Source: Heterodontus francisci (taxonomy: Eukaryota). Taken from it: 64,000 nucleotides of DNA. Positions 19,151 to 31,100 of the stretch are shown one piece after another. The number at the start of each line of letters is the position of its first letter. The first letter of the stretch is position 1. A model generated the notes under the pieces. That model was not told where the DNA came from and did not search any database. It worked only from the letters and a program-made list of their open reading frames with translations. A program made the position numbers and the translations under genes. Where the stretch lies: positions 4,999,492 to 5,063,491 of the forward strand of contig NC_090418.1 in assembly GCF_036365525.1 (NCBI RefSeq). Direction: 5' to 3'.

Positions 19151-22100
19151 AGCTTTTGTCCGGAACATTCCAAATTTCTAGCCCAGTTGCTAACATTTTT
19201 CCATCCCGGGCTCACCACAGAAGAAAATAAAGTTTGCATTTATACCACGCCGCAGCATGCCCAACAGACTGAACTGTGGTCATGCGGCCACCAATTTGCG
19301 CACAGCAAACTCCTGCAAACAGCAATGAGATATTGACCAAAATCGTCCTGTTTTCAGATGTGTGGGGTAAATGCTGGCCCGGACGTGCAAGAGAACACCC
19401 CTGCTTCTCTTTGAAATAGTGGCCTTAGCATCTTTTATGTCCATCTGAGAGGGCAGACGGGACCTTGGACTGACTTTTCATCCGAAAGATGGCATTTCCA
19501 ACAGTGCAGCAGTCCCTCAGTACTGCATTAAGAGTGTTGGTCTGGATTGTGCATGAACAATCCAAATTTAGAAGGACAGAGTCTGGACTATATTGCTTGG
19601 TTGAAGTGAACATAGTATGAAAATTTCTGCCACCTAACATTACACTGTTCCATTCTAGAGAGACTTAAGTCTGTAATGGTTACCACTAAATGCAGCCTGA
19701 CTGTAGCCCTTCACATCAACATAGAATGTTTAGGGAGATTAATGCTAAAGCTGATAATTGCAGACAATTATTAGTGAGTGGTCATTACTGTCAAATTGAA
19801 TTCTCATTTGACTGTATAAATTAAATCTCTCCCATCCTGTGCCTGCTGAGTTTCATTGTGCCATGCAATAGCTCATTTTCCTACTAGCCAGCTCCCAGGT
19901 CTCCATTGTTACTGCTTTGAAACTAGCAATTAGGAGTTGAGCACAAACCCTGGCTGGGCTAACTCCTGAAAGAAAGAATTTGTATTTACACAGCGTTACA
20001 TACAACCTCAGGACATATCAAAACACTATATAACCAGTGAAGTACTTTAGGTAGTGCTACACTGTTGGAGGTGCTGTCTTTCAGATGAGATGTTGAACCA
20101 AGGCCCTATCTGCCATCTCAGTCGGACATAAAAGATCCCATAGCACTATTCAAAGAAGAGCAGGGGTGTTACCAGTATCCTGGCCAATATTCTTCCAGCA
20201 ATCAACAACACAAATATAGATTATCTGATCTTTATCATATTGCTGTTTGTGGGAGCTTCCTGTGTGCAAATTGGCTGCTACATTACAACAGAGATTACAC
20301 CTCAAAAGTATTTAATTGATCGTAAAATGCTTTGTGATGCCCTGAGGTTGTGAAAGGTGCTAAAGGTGAAATGCAAGTCTGTCATTCTTTTAATTCTGCG
20401 CTGTGTGTCAGTCTGGATTTTGTGCTCATGCCTCTGGAGCAGGCTGTTAATTCACAACCTTCTGACTCTGAGGCAAGAAATCTGCCTGCTGAGCCATGGC
20501 TGATGGTGAAGGTCCATAGGCTGGATTCATAGCTTGACCAATCCTATTCTCACCCAGTAAGATCCATTTTATCTCACTCGTAAAGCTGCCATATTATGGA
20601 AACAGCGATTATTGACTCACTGTTTGAAAGCGGGCAGTGCAAACAAGTATGCAAAGCTCCACGGTTTAGCCAGGATTATCACTGTCCTGGCAGTGTCGGT
20701 ATTTACAGTAAGGCTATCAGATAAATATAACTGCCTATGTAAAGACAAAATCTTCCAGTGCTGTATTGACTCGTGGAAAGTGGAGGTTGGGGGAGACCAG
20801 GATTGGCCACAATGGTTGAGGAGCTCAGAAATTTAGGGATGGGAAGTGTCAAAAAGGAGGTTGCCTACCATCGCCAGTATTCACTGTCTAGACTTGCTTT
20901 GAGAAATAGTCATTTGATTGAGTTTTTTAACTCTATAAAGATTCAGCATCTTGAGTAATTAAGTGGAATCATGACTGAATAATGGGTTTGATTGCTCATG
21001 AGCAACTTGGGGATTGAGTTCAAATCCACTATAGGTCAATAATCCTGATAATTTGTGGATTGGCATCAGAAAATTGCTGGATTGTTGTAAAAACACAACC
21101 GGTTCATTAATGTCCTTCAAGAAAGGGAAGCTACCACCCTTGCCTCGTCTGGGCTTACATGTGACTGCAGTCCACACAATGTGGTTGACTCTTCATGCCC
21201 TCTGAAGTGGTTTAACAAGCCCTTCAGTAGTAAAAACAATCACTGGAATGTCCATCACCTGCTCAGACAAACTCGGGATGGACTATAAAAGTGTCTGGGT
21301 CACCCATGATGGACTTTTAAAAAATATACATTCTAATTATTCAAGAATGCCAGTGTATGTTGGTAGCTGGCCATGGAGATGTACAGGCTGAGGTATTGGT
21401 GTTCTTCCCAGTGGAGAGATCAGAGAAGGTTAAGGAAAGATTTAATAGAGCTGTTCAAAATCATGAGGGGATTTTTTCTTCGCAGTGAATACTTTTAAAG
21501 AAAAGATTTGCAGGCTATGGGGAACAAGCAGGGGTTAGTGGGACTAATTGGATAGCTTTTTCAAAGAGCCGGCACAGGCACGATGGACTGAATGTATGAT
21601 ACTATACTGTGCACAGGATGAGGGAGGGGAAACAGACTGGCATCTGATTTGTTTTTGCTGGATGTACGCAGGATCTCGTAGTATCGACCTGAGACAGCTG
21701 GAAGATTGCACCTTACAAAAGAAAAAGGACCATCTGCCAGTGATTGTCCGTATCCTCCGGAAGTGCAGACTTTATCATTTTGGACGGCCTGACAGATATT
21801 CAGAATGCCCATTCCAGGTAAATGCCATTATTTTTTGTTCCCCAGTTTACTCTTGCTGGGCTGCGGTTCCTTGGGCACTTGGAATCCTCCAATACCTCAA
21901 CCATGTGGCCATTCTCGTGCAAGACCCTAGATAGTGTGTCACGTAGACTGTTTGACAGTGAGGGACCTCAGGGCTGAGACCCAATCTGCTCTCAAAGGAT
22001 TGACCCAAGGAGTCACACTTTCTTGGTGAGTTTTTAACCATCTTACTTGCGCCAAGGTTGCACGTTCCCTCTGCACCATTCCTTATCGACCTTTCCCAGC

Positions 22101-25100
22101 TTCTCCTTGCTCTCTGGCAAATTGATTTGAATGCCCTTCACTTAATTTACAAGTTAGTCCATGGCTTCCCTATACCCTGCCTGAGCAAAGCACTCCAGTC
22201 ACCACCTCCAGTGTGCACCCATCTACTATTTGTGCTCCACTCTTTTCACTCCAGAACCTATCAACCTCTGGAACCTAGCTCAAATAACTTTAACTTGCCA
22301 CCTTCTTTCCTTTCTTCCACCAATCCTGTATTGGCCCTTTAAACGCCGCTCAGCGTCGGCTCTTTAACCGTCGCTCAGTGTAATTTTTCAGTCAGGCACA
22401 AGAAAGTTGTCTATTTTGCTCCTCCCTAGTCCAATAGCTCAGGAACTAATTCTGACCCCTATTGCTTCTCATGATCACTAGCCAGGGACTCCCGCTGAAA
22501 AATACATGCCTGCAAACCTCAGGACTGGGCTTTGCTATGATTGCCCCCAAGAATATTTGCTTCTTGAGATTCAGTCCAAGTTCACAATTGAAGTTCTCGA
22601 GAGGAGGGGAACAGATTGGAGAAATGAAACCTGCAGTCAAATGGTTACTGTGCACTCGCAAACTACTTTAAAATGGGAACATTTTTAGTTTGTGAACGTA
22701 TTCCTGATTTCTAACCCATAGGCCAAATTCCTAGTAGCAGATAAATCGGGGTCAGTGACAGTCGTGCTATGGAACTCCCTGTGTATGGACTGGTACAGAC
22801 ATCTGGAACCAGGGATGGTGATCCATCTGCACAACTACATTGTGAAGGAAAGTTATGCTTCACGATTGGGGCAAGATCCTGGAGTTACAAAGGAGCCTGT
22901 CCTAGGTACTGTAGCGTTGCAGCAAGTTATTAGAGTGAATGCGTGTGTCTTGTTTTACCTTTTCAAAATGTTGAAGTTGTCAGTTCTGCATTGGTACATT
23001 TAGATACAGAGTAAGGTTCCCTCTGATGAAAAGTCACAGACCTTAAACGTTAACTCTGCTTCTCTCTCCACAGATGCTGCCTGACCTGCTGAGTATTTCC
23101 AGCACTTTCTGTTTTTATTTCAGTTTTCCAGCATCTGCAGTATTTTGCTTTTAGTTTAAGGTTCCCTCTATACTGCCCCATCCAACTCTCCCAGGGCAGT
23201 TACAGCACAGTTTAGATACAGAGTAAAGTTCCTTCTGCTTTGCCCCAAAAATGTGTCTTGGGCAGTGGCACAGTGATTTACAAGGGAGTCAAGGGTTATG
23301 GGGGGGGCAGGCAGGACGGTGGAGTTAGGGCCACAATCAGATCAGCCATGACCTTATTAAATGGGGGAGCAGGCTCGAGGGGCCGAATGGCCTGCTTCTG
23401 TTACTCTTTCTTATATTCTAACCCTATTCTCAAAAAAGTGCCCCGTATTGTGTTAGTTCAGTGCTTTATTCCAGTCACCCTTGTGAGCTTTCAGAGTGAG
23501 AATGCTAGTTTTAGTTGAAGATTATGAGAGATTTGTGCTTTGGAGCTGCAGCTATTGGGGACTGCATTGAACTGACCCAGAGCTCATTTATCTAAAAACC
23601 CTTCATGGCTATCAGAGGAAGCCTTCATCCTGATTATTTGATTATGATCCATTGCCTGATCAGAATTGCTGCTCCTGACTGCTATCCAGTGACGCTTGTT
23701 GAACTGTACGTGTGTATGGTTATCGAGTGAAGAGAGGATTGGGCTTGGCTGTGATGCCTCTCATGGTTAAATAGCCGATGGATACTTGTCCCTTTGATTC
23801 ACACATGAATGCCCATTTGGGTGAGATACTAAAAGGCTGGCAGAACCATAACTGCAAATATCAGTGCTTTCAAAAGAGGAGAAACTGACAATACATACAT
23901 TAAAAATCGCACATCCGCATACTTCCCGGGTCACAATTTTGCCAGAATTTTGTGTTAACTATTTTCTTTATGAATCACTTTAAAGAAAGAAACAGTTTGC
24001 ATTTCTGTAGTGCCTTTTGACTCGGGTCACCCCAAAGCACATCACAGGCAATGAAGTACTTTTGAAGTGTAGCCACTGTTGTAATGTAGGAAACACTGCA
24101 GTGAATTTATGCATAGCAGGATCCCACAAATAACTATGTGATAGTGACCAGATAATTGATTTATGTGATGTTGATTGAGGGATAAATATTGATCAGGATA
24201 CCAGGGAGATCTCCACTGCTCTTCTTCGGGGTAGTAGTCATGGGATATTTTATGTCCACCTGAGAGGACAGACTGGGGTCTCGGTTTAAGATCCTATCTG
24301 AAAGACGGCACCGCCGACATTGCAGCAGTCCCTTAGTACTGCAGCGGAGTGCCAGCCTATATTGTGTCTCAAGTATCTGGAGAGGAGCCTGAACTCCTGT
24401 TAAAATGAGTTATTAAATGAATTACCCGGTTGGTTGGCATCCTTCCATCTACGAAAGATGATGGACAAGCAGCAAGCCATTCATTTAGGTGGGGTGTCTT
24501 CTCTTGATGCACCTTTGCTGATGGGTGTGAAGTTCAATCCTTGAGAGGCAGGTTCTGCCACAGGTGCTGCATGTGAAGCTGAGTTGGTGTTTTTGATGTT
24601 GGTGCCTGTTGCCAAGCTGCTGTAGCTACTGGTCGTCGTGGTAGTGCACACCAGTCCAGAGGATGTGTCGCCATTTCCCTCTTTTGCCAGCTAGTGACTC
24701 CCAGGTGCGATAGTCAATATTTAGGGCCTTCCTGTCACGCTTGCAAGCTTCCTTGAAGCGGAGCTTTGGCCGCCCCGCTGGTCGTCTGGCCCCGGCTACC
24801 TCACCATACAGAAGGTCCTTGGGTATGCGACTGTCTTCCATCGTGTGGACAGGTCCAATCCATCGAAGTTGCCTCTGTTTGATTAATGCCAACACGATTA
24901 GGAGCTCTGCCTTTGAGAGGACTGCTGCGTTTGTGATTTTTGTACTGCCATGATTTACCCATAATGCTGTAATTGCACCTTCCCGCCAGTGGTAGTACTG
25001 TAGCTCCTACGTTTTGCATCTCCAAGTTCCCCAGGCCTGCTTAGGAACATAGCACGAGAAGGCCATTCAGCCCATCGCCATTCAATATGATCATGGCTGA

Positions 25101-28100
25101 TCTTACTCTTTAATGACTTTTTCCCTCACTAACCTCATATGTCATTTGTATTTAGAAATTTGTCAATCTCAGCTTTAAACATACTCAATGACTGAGCTTC
25201 CACAGCTCTCTGGAGTAGAGAAATCCAAAGATTCACAACCCTCTGAGTAAAGAAATTTCTCCTCATCTCTGTCATAAGTGGCTCTCCCCTTACTTTGAAA
25301 TTGTGTCCCCAGGTTCTAGACTCTCCAACCAGGGGAAACATCTTACATAGAAAATAGGAGCAGGAGTAGGCCATTCGGCCCTTCGAACCTGCTCCGCCAT
25401 TCATTATGATCATGGCTGATCATCCAACTCAGTAACCTGTTCCAGCTTTTGCCCCATACCCTTTGATCCCTTTAGACCCAAGAGCTATAACTAACCCCTT
25501 CTTGAAAACATACAATGTTTTGACCTCAACTGCTTTCTGTGGTAGCAAATTCCACAGGCTCACCATTCTCTGGGTGAAGAAATTTCTCCTCATCTCAATC
25601 CTGAAAGGTTTACCCTGTATCCTTAGACTATGACCCCTGGTTCTGGACTCCCCCACCATCGGGAACATCCTTCCTGTATCTACCCTGTCAGGTCCTGTTA
25701 GAATTTTATAGGTTTCTATGAGATCCCCCCTCACTCTTCTGAACTCCATCGAATATAATGCGAACCGACTCAATCTTTCCTCATACGTCAGTCCCGCCAT
25801 CCCAGGAATCAGTCTGGTAAACCTTCGTTGCACTCCCTCTATAGCAAGAACATCCTTCCTCAGATAAGGAGACCAAAACTGCACACAATATTCCAGGTGT
25901 GGCCTCACCAAGGCCCTGTATAATTGCAGCAAGATGTCCCTGCTCCTGTACTCGAATTCTCTCGCTATGAAGGCCAACATACCATTTGCCTTTTTTACCG
26001 CCTGTTGCACCTGCGTGCTTAGCTTCAGTGACTGGTGTACGAGAACACCCAGGTCTCGCTGCATATTCCTCTCTCCCAGTTTATAGCCTTTCAGATAATC
26101 TGCCTTTCTGTTATTGCTACCAAAGTGGATAACCTCACATTTATCCACATTATTCTGCATCTGCCATGCATTAGCCCGCTCACTCAACTTGTCCAAATCA
26201 CCCTGAAGCCTCTGCATCCTCCTCACAACTCACTCTCCCTCCCAGTTTTGTGTCATCTGCAAATTTGGAGATATTACATTTAGTTCCCTCATCTAAATCA
26301 TTAATGTATATTGTGAATAGCTGGGGTCCTAGCACCAATCCCTGTGGTACCCCACTAGTCAGTGCCTGCCATTCGGAAAAAGACCCATTTATCCCTACTC
26401 TTTGTTTCCTGTCCAACAACCAATTTTCTATCCATCGCAATACACTACCCCCAATCCCATGCGCTTTAATTTTACATGCTAATCTCTTATGTGGGACTTC
26501 GTCGAAAGTCTTCTGAAAGTCCAAATAAACCACATCCACTGGCTCCCTCTCATCAACTCTACTAGTTACATCCTCGAAGAATTCTAGTAGATTTGTCAAG
26601 CATGATTTCCCTTTCATAAATCCATGCTGACTCTGCCCGATTCTACCACTGTTCTCCAAGTGCTCTGCTATAAAATCTTTGATAATGTACTCCAGAATAT
26701 TCCCCACTAACGACGTCAGGCTGACTGGTTTATAATTCCCTGCTTTCTCTCTATCTCCCTTTTTAAATAGTGGGGTTACATTAGCTACCCTCCAATCTGG
26801 AGGAACTGTTCCAGAGTCTATAGAATCTTGGAAGATGACCACCAATGCATCCACTATTTCTAGGGCCACTTCCTTAAGTACTCTGGGATGCATAACATCA
26901 GGCCATGGGAATTTATCGGCCTTCAATCCCATCAATTTCTCCAACACCATCTATTTACTAATACTGATTTCTTTCAGTTCCTCTCTTTCACCAAGCCCTA
27001 TGTTCCCCAACATTTCTGGTATGATATTTGTGTCCTCCTTTTTGAAGGCAGAACCAAAATATGCATTTAGTTGGTCAGCCATTTCTTTATTCTACATAAT
27101 AAGTTCCCCTGTTTCTGACTTTTTCACATACCTATAGATACTTTTACAGTCAGTTTTTACGTTCCCTGCAAGCTTGCTCACGTACACAGGGGCGGCACAG
27201 TGGCGCAGTGGGGCGGCACAGTGGCGCAGTGGTTAGCACCGCAGCCTCACAGCTCCAGGGACCCGGGTTCGATTCCGGGTACTGCCTGTGTGGAGTTTGC
27301 AAGTTCTCCCTGTGTCTGCGTGGGTTTTCTCCGGGTGCTCCGGTTTCCTCCCACAAGCCAAAAGACTTGCAGGTTGATAGGTAAATTGGCCATTATAAAT
27401 TGTCACTAGTATAGGTAGGTGGTAGGGAAATATAGGGATAGGTGGGGATGTTTGTTGGGAATATGGGATTAGTGTAGGATTAGTATAAATGGGTGGTTGC
27501 TGTTCGGCACAGACTCGGTGGGCCGAAGGGCCTGTTTCAGTGCTGTATCTCTAATCTAATCTAATCATAATCTACTCTATTTTCCCCTTCTTAATCAATC
27601 CCTTGGTCCTCCTTCGCTGAATTCTGAACTGTTCCCAATCCTCAGGTCTGTTGTTTTTCCTGGCAAATTTATATGCCTCTTCCTTGGATCTAATGCTATC
27701 TCTAATTTCCCTTGTAAGCCATTGTTTGGCTACCTTTCCCCTTTTACTTTTGCGCCAGACCGGGATAAACAATTGTTGCAGTTCATCCATGCGCTCTTTA
27801 AATGTTTGCCATTGCCTATCCACTGTCATCCCTTTAAGTAACGTTTTCCAATCCGTCATGGCCAACTCGCGCTTCATACCTTGGTAGTTTCCTTTACTAA
27901 GATTCAGGACTCTAGTCTCAGAATCAACTACGTCACTCTCCAGCTTGATGAAGAATTCTATCATATTATGGTCCCTCGTCCCCAAGGGGTCTCACACCAC
28001 TAGATTGTCAATTATTCCTCTCTCGTTACACAATACCCAGTCTAGGATGGCCTGTTCTCTAGTTGGTTCCTCAATGTATTGGTCCAGAAAACCATCCCGT

Positions 28101-31100
28101 ATACATTCCAAGAATTCCTCCTCTACGGTATTGTGACTAATTTGATTTGCCCAATCTATATGCAGATTAAGGTCACCCGTAATTACAGATGTTCCTTTAT
28201 CGCATGCATCTCTAACTTCCTGTTTAATGCCATTCCCAACATCACCACTACAGCTTGGGGGTCTATATACAACCGCCACTAATGTTTTTTGCTCCTTAGT
28301 GTTTCTCAGCTCTGCCCATACAGATTCCACATTGTCAGAGCTAATATCTTTCCTCACTATTGCGTTAATTTCCTCTTTAACCAGCAATGCAACTCCACTG
28401 CCTTTTGCTTTTTGTCTGTCCTTCCTAAATACTGAATATCCCTGGATGTTCATTTCCCATCCCTGGTCACCTTGCAGCCACATCTCCGTAATCCCGACTA
28501 TATCATGTACGTTTACATCTGTTGGCATGATTAATTCATCCACTTTATTGCGAATGCTCCGTGCGTTAAGGCATAAAGCCTTAAGGCTTATCTTTTTGAC
28601 ATTACTTGTCCTCTTCCCACTATTTTTCACTGTGGACCTGTTTGATTCTGGCCCTTGATTTCTCTGCCTATCACTTTTCTTATTCCCCTTCCTGTCTTTT
28701 GTTCTTGACTTTGATCCCCTCTCCTCTGACTCCTTGCAAAGGTTCCCATCCCCCTGCCATTTTAGTTTAAACCCTCCCCAACCACTCTAGCAAATACTCC
28801 CCCTAGGACATCAGTCCTGGTCCTGCCCAGGTGTAACCCGTCCAGTTTGTACTGGTCCCACCTCCCCCAGAACCGGTCCCAATGCCCCAGGAATCTAAAA
28901 CCTTCCCCCTCACACCATCTCTTCAACCACGTATTCATCCGATATATTCTGCTAATTCTACTCTGACTAGCACGTGGCACTGGTAGTAATCCTGAGATCA
29001 CTACCTTTGAGGTCCTACTTTTCAACTTACTTCCTAACTCCCTATATTCTGCTTTTAGGACCTCATCCTTTTTTTTTTTACCTGTGTCATTTGTGCCAAT
29101 GTGTACCACGACCACTGGCTGTTCACCTTCCCCCTTCAGAATGTCCTGTAAATGCTCTGAGACATCCTTCACCCGAGCACCAGGGAGGCAACATACCATC
29201 CTGGAGTCTCTTTCGCGGCTACAGAAACGCCTATCTATTCCCCTTACAATTGAATCCCCTATAACTTTTGCATTCCCACACTTTTTACTCCTCCCCTGTG
29301 CAGCAGAGCCAACCATGGTGCAACGAGTTGGGCTGTTGCTGCTTTCCCCTGAGAGGCCATTCCCCCCCGAACAGTATCCAAAGCAGTACACCTGTTTTGC
29401 AGGGGAATAGCCGCAGGAGATTCCTGCACTGCCTGTCCAGTCCTCTTGCTCTGCCTGGTGGTCACCCATTTGCCTCCTGCCTATGAGGTCTGAGCCTGCG
29501 GTGTGTCCACCTCTCTATACGTGCTATCCATGATACTCTCCAACTCGTGGATGCTCCACAGTGTCTCCAGTTGCCGCTCCAGCTCCGAAACCCGGGCTTC
29601 CATGAGCTGCAGCTGGACACACTTCCTACACACATATATAAAATAAAAGCAAAATACTGCGGATGCTGGAAATCTGAAATAAAAACAAGAAATGCTGGAA
29701 CCACTCAGCAGGTCTAGCAGCATCTGTGAAAAGAGAAGCAGAGTTAACATTTCGGGTCAGTGACCCGAAACACAGGACAGTGTTCCGAAGAAGGGTCACT
29801 GACCTGAAACGTTAACTCTGCTTCTCTTTTCACAGATGCTGCTAGACCTGCTGAGTGGTTCCAGCATTTCTTGTTTTTACTTCCTACACACATGTTGGTC
29901 CCAGGTACAAGAAGTGTTCCCGGCTTCCGACATGGAGCACGAGGAGCACACCACGGCTTTGAGCTCTCCTGCCATAACTTAAACCTTCTGGAAGATTTTC
30001 ATGTCCAGTAATACCAGTTACTCTGGGGCCCTTCTTCCCTGGTCCTCATCATTACAGAACTCCCTAAAAAAAAAAGCACTACTTACTGTATTTGAAAGAA
30101 CTTTTAAACTTCTAAACTTTTCTTACCTGAGATACTTACCCAGCTATTTAGAGCTATTCCCTAACAGCAGTGACTCACCAACCAATCACCTTCCAGCTCT
30201 CCTGTGACGTCACTGTTGGCTTTTTTCTTTTTTTCATCTTAGCTGCATCTACCCTGTCTATCCCTTTAAGTATTTTGTAGGTTTCAATGAGATCACCTCT
30301 CACTCTTCAAAATTCGAGAGAATTCCGGCCAAGTTTCCCCAATCTCTCTTCATAGGGCAGTCCCACCATCCCGGAACAAATCTGGTGAACCTTCGTTGCA
30401 CTCCCTCTGTGTCAATAATGTCCTTCCTAAGGTAAGGGGACCAAAACTGCACACCGTATTCCAGATGCGGTCTAACCAAGGTTCTATACAATTGAAGCAA
30501 GACTTCACTATTCCTGTACACAAATCCTTTTGCGATAAAGGTTACCATACCATTACCTTCTTAATTGCTTGCTGCACCTGCATGTTAGCTTTCAGTGACT
30601 TATTGACAAGGACACCCGGGTCCCTTTGTACACCTACGCTTTCTAATCTCTTACCATTTACGAAATACTCTGCACATCTATTCCTCCTACCAAAGTGGAT
30701 AACCTCACATTTTCCACATTATATTCCATCTGCCACGTTCTTACCCATCATTAAGTCTGCCCAAATCCCTTTGAAGCCAGTTTGCACCTTCCTCACGACG
30801 CACATTCCCACCTAGTTTTGTGTCATCCGCGAATTTGGAAATACTGCATTTGGTCCCCACATCCAGATCATTGATATATATTGTGAACAGCCGGGACCGA
30901 AACACTGATCCCTGCGGTACTCCATTGGACATAGGCTGCCAACACGAGAATAACCCATTTATTCCTACTCTCTACTTTCTGCCTTTTAACCAATCCTTAA
31001 TCCATGCCAGTATATTACCTCCTATCCCAGGTGCTTTAATTTTGCTAACCAACCTCCTGTGGGGGACTTTATCAAAAGCCTTCTGAAAATCCAAGTATAT

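Larger units (their letters stand above)
25346..30234 (-). mobile_element. Near full-length CR1 LINE: 5' UTR, ORF1 (SGNH esterase), disrupted ORF2 (APE + RT)
   Basis: ORF1 motifs GDSIVR, HIGTND, DGLHL (28762-29469); ORF2 CLNARSI (28630), YLDFQK and KFADDTK (26198-26950); 7-bp TSD CATCTTA at 25339-25345 and 30235-30241. ORF2 has frameshifts, an internal deletion and a SINE insertion. Confidence 0.9.

Noticed and set aside
18321-19196. 291-aa antisense ORF and other overlapping ORFs
   Set aside because: Stop-poor GC-rich shadow of RADX-like exon 1.
27210-27285. tRNA-like sequence with A and B boxes (also about 14790-14856 and 44255-44324)
   Set aside because: Head of HE1-type SINEs, continuous with the SINE body; not tRNA genes.
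25429-29469. RT, endonuclease and esterase ORFs as an active or domesticated element
   Set aside because: Frameshifts, an internal deletion and two insertions disrupt ORF1 and ORF2; ordinary dead CR1.
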